A stretch of DNA of 61,716 nucleotides, filler included, from Basidioascus undulatus (lineage: Eukaryota): assembly GCA_000826855.1 (NCBI GenBank). It is 10 parts of 10 records of this genome, joined end to end, with 100 filler letters (N's around TTAATTAATTAA, not from the genome) between each part and the next. Parts side by side here need not be neighbours in the genome. Positions count along the whole stretch, not along the records: positions 1 to 25,043 come from JTLS01000226.1; 9 more parts are not named here. One strand, given 5' to 3'. The translations under genes and the position numbers were made by a program. This document shows, in pieces, positions 1 through 15,289 of this stretch. A model generated the notes under the pieces. The model did not search any database, had not been told where the DNA came from, and saw only the letters and a program-made list of their open reading frames with translations. Numbering within the stretch: position 1 is the stretch's first letter; each line of letters opens with the position of its first letter.

Positions 1-1089
1 AATTCGGTGTCTTCTTCGGGTATGCTGCAAGTCCGGGGGCGCAGTCAGAAGAAAACGTGAGCACGTGAGAATCCAGGTCGGCAAGGGTACCTTTCACTCA
101 CCCGAGTCTCTCCCGCAATCGCCGCTCGAGCAGCCCCTCCGCAACGTCCTCCTGCGCGAGCTCCTCGACCTGTCCACCCTTGACAACGACGTTCTCGGGC
201 GCGAGGAGGAGGATTCCGCGCAGGATGCGGACGTTCCTGATGACCAGCTGATGTTACAAAGTGTGGTCAATCAGAAGGGGGCGGAGCAGGTAAGCGCGTG
301 AGTGGGGAAACGTACCTTGAGACCTAGCGGCGTGTCGTCCATGGACAGGAGTTGGCCGAGCGGACGGTACTCTATTGCACGAACGGTCTGAGGAGAGGAT
401 GAGAATGAGTGATAAGCAAAGAAATCGAGGAAAAGGAGGATGCGACAGACATGGGTCCCATCAGATAGAAGTAGCCGCAGCATGCTGCGCGGGTAGCGCG
501 GTGCGGCATCGACAGCGAGCTGTTCCCCGAGCTCTGCGTGAGCTGGACAAGCCCAAGAGGATATCATACAAGCGCACCTCCATGTCGTTATTACCCTCTT
601 CCTCTCCCACCTCTTCCTCGTCCTCGCCCACTCCTCTCCTGGCCGCCCTCTCCCTCCTCCTCGCCTCCCTGCCACCCACCCACTTGCGTTCCTCCCTCTT
701 CCTCTCCAACACATCCTTCAATGCCGTAGCACTCACGCCGGTGTCCTCGATCCCCACGACCTGGACGAGCACGCCCTTGCCGAGGCAGACGAGCTCGTTG
801 TGGTGCGCGAGGATGTCGGGCGGGAAGCCCGAGTCGGGCACGGTGCTGTCCGCGAGGTCGGAGGCGAGGTACTGCATGTGCGTTTGCTTGATCAGCTGCT
901 GCAGCGTGAGGGACGGGTCTGCGCCGAGGAGATAGGTGCAGCAGGCTTCGAGCCATTCCTGGGCCAAACGGGATGCCGGTAAGCGGGAGTGAGCGCTCGA
1001 AGGGGCAGGATGGTGCGCACGGGATCGACGCTTGGCTTGGGGTACGTCGACACCAGCCATTGTACCACCGCGGGGGGAGGAGGGGACAT
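1..1089 (-). CDS. RMI1: RecQ-mediated genome instability protein 1 (RMI1) N-terminal/OB-fold region; spliced; 3' end runs off the window
   Basis: Exons read MSPPPPAVVQWLVSTYPKPSVDP / EWLEACC...VLVQVVGIEDTGVSA / YPRSMLRLLLSDG / VRAIEYRPLGQLLSMDDTPLGLK / LVIRNVRILRGILLLAPENVVVKGGQVEEL. These match the RMI1_N motifs (ML+L+LSDG, AIEYRP, RG+LLL+PENV++LGG+VEEL). Introns are GT-AG. Confidence 0.88.
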
Positions 1090-1596
1090 GGTGGAAGGTC
1101 AGAACTTGTTCTGTGATGGTGATTAGCTGATTTACTGTGAAAAGATAGGACAACGAAGAAGTCGCGACTTGGACGCGACGCAGCAGCGCGTTTTGGTCAC
1201 ATGTCAGTTTTGAGGGAAGAACGCCAAAGAGTTCTTGTAAAATTCTGTCCTTCTGCGGTCCCGATTGTACCCATTATGTCTTTTTATTGGTAACTTGAAC
1301 TTATCTCTATGCCATTTGAGGATATTGGAGCAAAGCTTACGGTGCCCTGCCGCGTCTCGCGCTGCTGTATGTGCGAGGCTGAGGACGTAAAGCTTTACCT
1401 CACATCCCGCGATGTGCTCTGCCTCTGCGATAACGCTGTCTCGCATCGCTGACCCGCCTTATCAAAGGGCTGTCCCTTCGACAATGTCATAGCGGTACGC
1501 GCGCCCAAAGCGCAATCACCGCTGTTCTCGAAGAGGAGCTCTTAAAGAGTTCCCCGAGAGTGAGAGACTCACCTCCTTCGATCGCAACGAACTATC

Positions 1597-3562
1597 ATGG
1601 CCCTCTCGCACTTCGAACTCATAGCCCTGGGTGCCCTCCTCTTCGGGGCGCTTGCACACTTCATCTACACTTGTCGCCGAGCCCAAACCACACAGCCGAC
1701 GAGCCCGACACAGCACGCGGAGAAGACCCTCGGTCCGGGCTTGCAACCGCCCGTCGCATGCGGATCGGACGTGCCGAGGCGGTGGGGAGGTGAGTGGTTT
1801 GCTACCAACTTCTGAAGCGCAATAGGCACGGCATCTTACCTTTCTGAACAGAGTGGGTCCCGCACAAGTTAGACTACCCGCGATTCGAACCTGACACCAC
1901 GTTCGACGTGAAGACTACCAAGCCGCCGCCGTACCGTGCCTTCCGGTATGCCTCACCTCTTCACCTCAGCCTGCCTACATGATTGCTTAACACTTCCAGG
2001 ATACGTCAGGTGGGGTCCCAAGTACAACATTACGTGCGCAGCCCTCCCCTCCCCCTCTCCCGACGCGGCTGATGCCTCCCAACCCTCGAATAAGCAGTAT
2101 GGGCGTTCGCTCCATGGACTGGTCCAACTGGATCGAGCTCGACAACCGCTACACCTCGTACCACGCCATTCGCACGCACCGCACGCTCACACGGGGCGCG
2201 CGCAGCGTGCGTACCCTCCCCGGCGCCGAAGCCGCCGCGCGCGAGGCGTGCACCGAGATCGCAGAGTACCTCTCGCGGCGGCACCCGACGCTCTTCCGGG
2301 TCACTCGTGCGTCTGGAACCGGCGGGTGGTACGGCGAGGGCGAGATCGATACGATCGAGCTTGATGCGAGCTTGACGCTTGATGGGAAGGCCGTGCGGTA
2401 TGATTTGAGGGTTGACGATCCTATGAGCGTTGCTGGGAGGATCGTACAGGACGATTTGGCTGTTATGATGGAGAATGAGGAGGGGGACGTGGTGTTCATG
2501 GCGGGAAGCATCTGCACGGCTGGCTTTTGGAGGTTGGAAGACAAGAGAGCGTCTTCTTTTTCCTCGCTAGCCCATCTGCATTCCCACCGTGCTCATGCTG
2601 TTCGTTTTTCCTTCCGCTCCCTACCAGTCGGTCTGCCGCTGGAGGAGATCCACACGCGCGGCAACGTCCCGCAGTGTGAGTTCCCTCTTAGTTTCTTTCA
2701 CGTCCATGCTGTCCTTCATGCCCGTGATCTGCCTTCTGACGCCATTTCGTTCTGCCCACGAAACAGACAAGGAGAAGCTGCACAAATCGATGACGCGCTT
2801 CTTCCAGCGCATCCGCATCGACAAGCCCGTCGTGCGCAACAACTACTTTATGCAAATCGACAACGAACTGACTTGGTCAGAGACGACGAATGGCAACGTG
2901 CGTTTTCTGTCCTCGATCCTTTTCTTACAGTTACCCCCGAGAAACAATCCTCGCACTGTCTGCAACCTGTTCTGACCGCCGGTAAACCGTGCAGGAAAAC
3001 ATCTTCGACCAGTATAACAAGGCGCCGTTACCAGAGTACGTTGCCCTTTCCTGTGTTTCACAGCTCCATCCAATTTTCGTCCCCGCATCATACAGGCTGC
3101 TCCAAGGCTCCCAGTTCAGGGCTCCCGAACCGACGGACGACCCCGCGAGCGTGCGCTTCCGGACCGAGCGGCAGAGCCTGCGCCGGCTGCCGAAGACGGG
3201 CGCAGTCCTCTTCACAATCCGGACGTACCTCGAAGTGCGCTCTTCTTAACCCCCCATTCTGAGAGAGAAATTTTCTGATATTGTGGGTTCTGTGCAGCCG
3301 ATCGGCGAGCTCGTCAAGGAGCCCGGTGTGCCAGGACGCATGGCCAGCGCTATCCGCAGCTGGCCGGAGGACGTCTCGCTGTATAAGGGAGGAGAACTCG
3401 TATGTTGTCTCTTGGGAGTGTGTTTTTTATGGAGAGACTGATGGGATTGAGGGAGGACAGTACAACGACGTCCTCTTGCCGTACCTCGACGAGCAGCACA
3501 AGGCGCAGGTCGAGGCGGGGGTGTGGAAGGAGGATGACCAGACGCAGCATTACCCGTGGTGA
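1597..3562 (+). CDS. DUF3445 / heme-dependent oxidative N-demethylase alpha-subunit-like protein with N-terminal hydrophobic anchor; multi-exon
   Basis: Motifs KPPPYRAFRWGPKYNITMG, WIELD, VQDDLAVM, GFWRLEDK(I)GLPLEEIH, PVVRNNY and RTERQSLRRLPKTGAVLFTIRTY. N-terminus LIALGALLFGALAHFIY. Stop TGA at 3560-3562. Confidence 0.85.
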
Positions 3563-3869
3563 ATGGGAAGGAAAACGTGTCTCATTCTTCAATTCCCGTG
3601 CAGCATATGTACACTCTCCTTGTTAGCTTGTTACGAGGTTTGCTGGACTGCGAGACATGGAACTGCAGCTGTCACGCAGCGCCGCGAATGTGGATAACTG
3701 GTCAATTATGCGGGAAACCAGATTTCGCGACAGTAACTTTTCAAGCAGCAATGGCTCAATCTTCGAGGAGCTGTTGCAATATTTATAATAGCAATCTTTC
3801 CTGCGCAGTTCGTGAGTTTCCGTCGGCTGAACGGAAGACGAGGGGATTCTCGCCTGCCGTCACGCGCCG

Positions 3870-4600
3870 TCCTCGGCCATCATCTCCGAGCTCTCAAAAC
3901 GCTCTCGGTGATCGCTTTCTTGCCGCGCGACGCACTGCGGAACGTCGTCCTCGTTAGCCGCGGTCTCCACCCAATCGCCACCCGCAATTTGTACCGCTCG
4001 GTGAACTTCGATCGCAGGATACCAATCCTGACTGCGCTTTCCATGACGAGCTTTCCTGTCCGCCGTCCAGAGCAGCCTCACTCACCTAGTCTTGCTTGGC
4101 CTACCGCCATGGAGCTTAAGACTGCTCAACTACTTCATCGCATCTAGACCCTCCCGCAACCAAATTCATTGGTGATAGGGAGAATTTCAGGAGAGCAGAT
4201 CGAGATCAAGGTGCGCCTGCATTACTGTCAGCGCGTGCAACAACTGCCGTCTGAGACTTGTCGTGCTAGGAAAATAGCTCTCCCGAGGAGCTTCATGCTC
4301 TTCCGCAACTGGAGAAGCTCTGCCTTCATGTCAAGGGTTACACGGACAACGAGTTTGCGGGCGCGTTTGCCATGGCATGTCCGAAACTGACACTGTTCTC
4401 GAGCTATCTCAGCGGTGACTCCGGATACGTCATCCTCCGCGATGAGCAGGGCCATTTTCTGGGCCTCGAAGAAGTTGAATTTGAGGACGATGGGGACTCG
4501 ACTCGCAGATGGCTCTCGTGGGAGAACAACCCAACGCATCGCATCTGAAGTGACGTGTGGGGTGTTTTAATTCATGTGATCTTTTGCGCCTGCCGTTGCC
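3870..4600 (+). pseudogene. Degraded F-box-like (F-box/LRR-type) gene remnant; bounds approximate
   Basis: IAFLPRDALRNVVLVSRGLHPIATRNLYRSV resembles a fungal F-box-like N-terminus. No clean in-frame start was found, and downstream LRR-like pieces (LPQLEKL, GLEEVEF) lie in different frames. Confidence 0.35.
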
Positions 4601-4867
4601 GTTCCGTTGTTGCTTCAGATCCTCGGGTGCAAGAAATGTGGATTGCGAAACAAGCTGAAGTGCAAAGCAGGGAAGGGGTCGCCGAGAAAACTGCCCGCAG
4701 TCCATCAGTGCGCATGGCCTAGGCTAGATAGTATTGCAAAAACAGGTTCCTCAAGATCTCAGAGAAACCGAGTTGATTTACAAGAAGTCCATGAAGTTAC
4801 ATCAACCCAGAATCGACAACAGTACGCAAGCGTTCGCAGAGTCAACCTCAAGCATTATATCTATATC

Positions 4868-6428
4868 TCAAATCATCTCGTCCAGAGTGCGCTGTAAACA
4901 TTTCAGTGAGCTCCAGCTGATGTTCATCCTAGGTAGAGACAGTCGCACCTGGAAGTAGGCAATCTGGTCCGCGGCCCACGCCTTGAACGCAGCCTGGTCC
5001 ATGATCGGGTGGCCCCAGCCGGGGCTGCACTTCTTTGCCGCGTGGAGCTCGGCAGCCTTGGCCTTGAAACGCTCAGCCAGAAGCTCGAGGCGATAGGACG
5101 ACCACTCTGTGCGCCCCGTTTCAGTATGGCACTTAGCGGGAAGACGCGAGGACGAACGCACGGTAGTATAGCTCCTCTAGGTTGCTGATCGGACGAATAG
5201 TCTGTAGAAACCGACAATGAGCCGGGTTCTTGGCTCCTTAAATGGGGTGAGGGACAAACGTACAGTAAGAACGGAGTCGTCCGCCACAAGCGGATCCTTC
5301 GCCCGGAAGGAAGTGACCTGGAAAGGCACAGAAAGTTAATGAGATACTCTGCACTACCACCAAAAAGGCATACCATTGTGACCCTCTCGGAAGCGCCGAT
5401 GGCCTGGAGCGCAGCGTGGTCGATGTAGCGTCCTGAAGTGCAAAAGATGTAGACAAGAGCGCGGAAGATTGCGTGAAACGAGCGCTTTCAAGGGCTTACC
5501 TTGCATCATTACGGCTGTCCCGAGCTGTGGTCCGCGGGCCTTCACCAACCCACCATCGCCCTTAACAATGGCCGTCTCTCCGCCACGCATGTTCGAAACG
5601 TCCGAGAGCATGACGACGCAAACCCTGTAAAGACGGCAGCGTTCGTGTCAGACCGGTCCAGCATTCTCTCTCAAGGCGGAACGCACCAAGGGTACCCGTC
5701 CCTGTGCCATGCGACCACAGGCGCCTTGATGTCGTGCATGGTCTCGTCTTCGTCCGACGACGACTCGCTCTCGCTCAATGTGAGACCCGGCATGGGCGGC
5801 GACGGCTGCGCGCGCAGCGAGGTGAGCGAGTCCGCGCCGCCGTCGATTTGGACGTTCACATGGCCCAGCTCGTACTGCAGTCTCGGTCAGAACTTGCTCG
5901 TCCATAAGTGTGGGTTCGGGAATAGCACGCACTGGGAAAATTGGTACGAGCTCCATCCCCGCAGCCTCTGAAACGGCCTTGAGCAGCTCCGGCGACGTCC
6001 AGGCAGCGTTGATGAAAGGGGCGTGGGACGGGGCCATTCCCCTGATCTGGCATTTGCTCACTGAAACAAACGGCCTTAATGCCAGTTAAAGTCCACTGCA
6101 GGACGTATGGACATAGGTGGACGGAAGTCAACGCACAGTACGACGAGATTCTGAAAGTCTCCAGCACCGCAGGGTCGAAGATCTCGGCTCGCATAGCTTC
6201 AATGCCCTCCTGACTGAAGAGGGGGAAGGGATCTGTGACCGCAACCGACGAGATGGCACCCCGGCCTTGGAGATCCAAGTCCTTCATGGTGATGATGGCC
6301 TGACAAATAGTAGAGACGGCATCAGCCGTTGAAAGCCCCCCCCGCCGAACGCCGGACAGCCTTGGAACGCGCACCTTGGGAGGATTATAGGCCAGGTGGA
6401 TAGCAGGGTCAAACTCAACGGAGGACAT
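4868..6428 (-). CDS. Fe(II)/2-oxoglutarate dioxygenase domain protein (fungal, substrate unknown); multi-exon
   Basis: MSSVEFDPAIHLAY...AVTDPFPLF; iron-binding HxD in VAWHRDGYP; GGETA; distal His in GRYIDHAAL; ER+TMVTSFR. Introns are canonical and the stop is at 4868-4870. Confidence 0.82.
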
Positions 6429-6970
6429 AGCTTGATAAACGGATTGGTATGCGAGGGTGTGGAGATCGTGGTTCTGAGGGAGAGGCAAGCTACGCTCGCC
6501 TGTGCGGTGTTTAATATGTGCTTCGTCCCACACCCCGCAGTGCATGGGATGAGTGTGCAGTGTTCCATTCATTCCAAGATACCTGCGGCATATTGTTGTA
6601 ATGAGAGAGTCAAGTCGCAGGCGGCAGGCCGTTCGCTGCGTTATCAGCGATAAGGTGGGCTCATGAGGTAAAGACTTGTCAAGTGCTGTACAATGCAGCC
6701 CCTGTCGTACGTTGTGGTGAGGTCATTTTATGTTTGTTATTTTTCTTGAGAGTGGGTCGACTCTAGCTTCTGTTGTACTCGAAGGCAAGCGTATGGAGAG
6801 CAGCCCAAGTTTGGCAACGCAGTCTCATGCACACGACTCAACCTCCCGGGCCCGGCTGGTCGCCAGCAGAGATCGGCGTCGCAGCATTGCTTTCTGCCAT
6901 CATCACGTCGTTTGACCACTCGGCTCGAATTCTTTCCTGCCGCCAGCTTCCGCCAGAGGGACAAGCAGAT

Positions 6971-9823
6971 ATGCCCGGAGCGAATTACGTCGGAGGCTCC
7001 AAGCAAGTCCTGGTGCTTGCCATGAACCTGCACAGCGAACTGTGCTGACTGCAGATCGACCTTCGCCAGCAACCGAGCCAAGGCTCGCAACAGCTCAGTC
7101 ACAGCTCGCGTGCAGCGAAGTTACTTCGCAAAAGGCAGACTCTTGGCTGCAAAGTGCGTGTGCATTATCATTGGTGCCCATCGTGCATGCTGACCCGTCT
7201 CCAGCAGCCCCGTCCACCTCGGGCGCTCGACCTCCCGCGAAATGCCCCACTTCCACTTCGCCCACGCCAACGCAGCCAGACCCGGCGAAATGTCGGAGTT
7301 CGAGCGCTTCAGCAGCCGTGGTATGGCTCTCTCGAGCGAGCCGCCGCCACCTCCTTCATCGCCGGCGGCGAAGAAGAGCAAGCTGCTGGAAGCTCTGGAC
7401 GCAGACACTCGTCCGTTATTCGCGCCTCAGCTCGCTCCTATCGCCATGCTTATCTATATATGTTCTGGTATAGCGGTGGCGCTCGCATCGCGAAAGCATA
7501 AGTTGCTCGACCTCAGCGACTGGGCGGGGCTGGCCGTCAAGCGGAGGGCCTTGGAGGCTTCTCCGTCTGCCGAGGACGTTACCGCACATGCGATCGACCA
7601 AGTGCGTCTCAACTTCCACTTGACCCTCATCCAACTTACTATTGAGATCACATATGCGAAGAACCAGCCGCTCGCGCCCGAGGCCGACCGCCAGCGCTTC
7701 AAGGACCCGGTCGCTCCGGTCAATGCCTTTGCCGGCGATCAGATCTGAGGCACGGCTGCTGAAATCACACGTCCTCTTACAGCTCAACCCTCACTCTTTG
7801 ACGCCCGCGAAGCAGCACAACCCTGTAAAGTCGTCGCTGGCGCCTCGGCACCGTTCGTCTGCCTTCGCCCCCGAAGAATCTGTGCGTCTTCGGTCCATGC
7901 CTTCCATCGCATCGATTTTCTGACATCTGTTTCGTAGCCTCCCCCCATACCCTACCACACACACCCCGCTCGCTCCCGTCCCGGTCCATCATACTCCACG
8001 CCCCCTCCACCTCCGCGGTCTCCGACTCCACCTCGCCCGACGAAGCCGCCGCGCAAGCCGATGTCGTTCTGGATTCAATCGCTTCTTGGAGGCGTCAAGT
8101 ACGAGCCGAAGTCGCCCGACGGAGCGCTTTCCGGAGCTCAGAAGCAGGAGAGCGCGGAGGAGGGCGAGGAGGAAGACGTCGGCAGCTTCGACGCGGACGC
8201 GCCAGATCCGGCTGAGTCGGCGTCGCGCGAGCGTTCGCCCTTCAAGAGCACCCAAAGCGACGTCGACGAGGAGTTCCAGAGCTTCGAATCGCAGGCTCCG
8301 TCGATGCAGGTCAAGGTTGAGCACCCGTCGGATGAGCCGGAAGCGGACGACGCGAATATTCATCGCGACGCACAGCCGACCCGTTCTCCCTCCGACGCGC
8401 CGACTCATGCAGCTGGCGGTACCTCGCAGAGCTCGTCGCCTTCGCCTGAAGCTCGCGCCACGCCGAAGCCGCCTTCGAACAAGGACGTCTTCCTCCCCCC
8501 GCCCCCGCGCCACGTCGTGCCGCAGAGCTCATGGACCTTTTTGCAGCGGGAGGCAACGGATCTTGCTCCATCGCAGAGCTCGGGCGACGGCGACGAGGGT
8601 GAAGACAAGGAGGACGAGCTCGCGTACACGCCCAAGCCTGCTGCTGCGCCTCAGCCTATCGTCAAGCTCGAGGAGGCGGTCGACAGCTCTCGTCCGCCGG
8701 TCCGCAACGCGTCAAGCGATGTCGACGACAATTCCCACCACGCAGTCGCTGCGGCGACTCCGGGTGGGCCTGCCGAGGCAAGGGAAGACGTTGTCGACGC
8801 AGCCTGGTCGACGCGGGAGCCCGCCGCGCTACGTGACGCGGGGACGACGGCCTGGGACGTCCCAGCCGACCGCTGCTCCACTGCAGGTGCCCTCACGTCT
8901 TCTCAGCCCGAAGCAATGCCGGCGGAGGGCGAGGAGGTCCTTCCCCTCTTCTTCCTCTCGCAGCCTGCGCGCCTGCCACCGCCCGACTCGCAGCTCGCAC
9001 CCCAGCCCTCCCGACCCCTCCTCTCCCTCCCCTCCGACCCCTGGCTTCGCATCGCATCAATCATGAACCTCCCGCTCGCCCCGACGCGCAACGACGCTGC
9101 GCCTGCGCATCCGCATGCGCGCAGCGAGTTCGGTCCTGGGCTCGGTGCCGAGCCGAGAGTCAGCCTCACGCAGCTGGGTCGGGACGCCGATAGCTCGACG
9201 CACGTGGACTCGGATCTCCTCGCGGCCGTCGACAGCGACTCGGACCTCCCTCCCTCGACGCCACCGCGCCTGTCGCTCACGATGAGCCGGTCTGCGTCTC
9301 CCGACGCCGCGTCGTCTGGTTCTTCTTCTCCGAGCGCGGACGAGCTCGGCGTGGACGTTATGCGGGAGGATGCCGCGCTCGTGAAGGCCGCGTCGAGGGA
9401 AGATGGAGTCGCGCCCAGCTCTGAGGATCAGCTCCTCCTTTTGCCAGGTCAACCCTTTTGTTACCCTTGTCCATTTTCGTTTTCCTCAGCCTTCCGCCTG
9501 AACGTGCAGACTGACCGAGGCGTCCTTTTCTCCTAGTATCGCAATCGCCAACGAAACGCCCTCACGCTGCTCTTGAATCTCCTTCAGCCGTGCCAAAGAA
9601 GCACGCTTCCGCTGATCCGGTCGGCTCCGCCCAACCGTCACCCTCTCCACAGGCCCACGAACCTCTTCAGCCTGCACAGGTGCAGCGTCCCGCAGATGCC
9701 CCTCTCACCGAGCTCCCAGCTCGCAAACCTTCCCCGCAGCAGAGCCCTCGCTCGCCCGGCGGACGCGCGCTCGGTCCGACGCTGTTCGACGACGACTCGT
9801 CGAGCTCGGTCGATGATGACTGA
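6971..9823 (+). CDS. HEIP1/REDIC1(C12orf40)-like protein: conserved basic N-terminal motif plus long disordered Ser/Pro/acidic tail; joins the 7242 and 8061 ORFs into one gene
   Basis: Spliced N-terminus MPGANYVGGSKSTFASNRAKARNSSVTARVQRSYFAKGRL, later RKHKLLDLSDWAGL. Introns 7003-7054 (GC-AG), 7154-7204, 7719-7782, 7882-7937 and 9448-9536 keep one frame to TGA at 9823. Two further in-frame introns lie inside the 7242 ORF. Confidence 0.6.
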
Positions 9824-10429
9824 TCGATCCAGGTCATAGCGATGCCGTGTCTGTGTGCATTTTTGATATTCTTGCGCGTGTATGCTCCTCATGCACGTCT
9901 TTTTATCCGCTCTGTTCGCAGTCTGCTCGAGGCATTGTCAGTCATGGCGTCGCTGCCAAAGGGCGTGCAGGCGTGCCACGCAGCGCGTTTCGTGTGTGTT
10001 GAGGGGGGAGAAAGCCTGCTCGACAACATCTCCAGCCGTACTTGCAGAAAAATTGCTGATCAACTGCGAGCCTCTGATGTAAAGTCCTTCAATGAAAAGA
10101 CTGCAGACAGTTTCATAGACTAGTGACAACAGCAAGCTGACTGCGAACTGGACATATGTCTGACAAGTCGAAGTGCCACTGTTTTCAGTCGGTTTCAACT
10201 CCAACAACAATCTTCCTGGACCTTCGGGGCAGCTGCGCATCCATCTTTCAGCGCGTGACGAGGACGATAAGCGGGACCAAGATAACGACAGCTGCTCCAC
10301 TTTCGAACGCCGGCTGTCCTGTACCACGTTCTTGCCACCTCCCTTCATTTCCTCCTGCTTCCTCCTTTGACGCCCATCGACTCCCACGACAGTTTCACTT
10401 ATACCTTTCTCCCTCCCCTATATCTGCTC

Positions 10430-10905
10430 ATGGGATTCAAAGCCAAACTCAAGCACCTGCTCGGCATTGGCGAGCACAACCAACTCGAGAAACACTGTTC
10501 GTCACCTTCCCGCTACACGATCATTAGAATCGCCAGCTAATTTATTCCAATTAATTTCCAGCGAACGACCCGGGTGCCGGCCAGCTCCGCCACGGTGGTA
10601 CCGTCGAGGAGCACCAACACAGGTACCCTGTCGGGCCCGCCCCCGTGGGCAACGAGGTTGGACCTCCGCCGGACCCGCGCCATGGCGGAACGCCGGTACA
10701 GCACCAGGAGGTCATCAAGCAGCCTGAGCCTGAGCACGCTGGGCGCGGTGACTTCAGGCATGGCGGGGACCCCGAGGCGCACCGCAGCCAGACGTCGACT
10801 CCCGAGCCTGCGACTTTCCCGAACGCCGAGGGCAATCATCCCGGCGGCGACTTGAGGCATGGTGGCACGGTCGCGGCGCACGAGCACGCTGGAGGACATG
10901 CGTAG
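10430..10905 (+). CDS. Small (127 aa) His/Gly/Pro-rich protein with four RHGG[TD]xxxH repeats
   Basis: Exon 1 10430-10469 (MGFKAKLKHLLGI); GC-AG intron 10470-10561 with branch GCTAAT; exon 2 10562-10905 in frame. The repeats are conserved at the amino-acid level with synonymous codon differences. Confidence 0.7.
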
Positions 10906-11345
10906 CGTCCCGGATTGGTTTGGACCGAGATGTACGGCGGGCGGCGGAATGCATGCGTGAGCCTTCCTTCAGTTTCAAGGCAGCCGCATCGACAGGCAGA
11001 CTTGCACCGCTTCACATGGGCGTGTTCAGAAAATGTAAGGCGAGGTTCAGTAGAATCAAGGAACAGAACGCAAAGCCCCACGCAGTCCAACAAGCAACGC
11101 ATCACGGATCCCGGAAACAACAGCCTGCTCCAAATCAACCTTACGACCGTGCGCAAGCAACAGGCTTACGGGGCTTGGCGAGCGCGCAGATCACCCACCA
11201 GCAGTGTCGACGGAGGCGATGCGATTAAATGAACAGGATTGACGCAGAATACATGAGCCTCCGCGTGCGCCTCGCTCCCGATGAAGCCCGAGTCGCACTG
11301 AAGTGAAAAGAGTAGATCGATCTTGTGCGCCGAGCACACCCGTCG

Positions 11346-15289
<3,944 letters not shown>

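Noticed and set aside
1..9823. RMI1 and the HEIP1-like gene as a recombination cluster
   Set aside because: They share a contig but are separated by unrelated genes; two genes are not evidence without synteny data.
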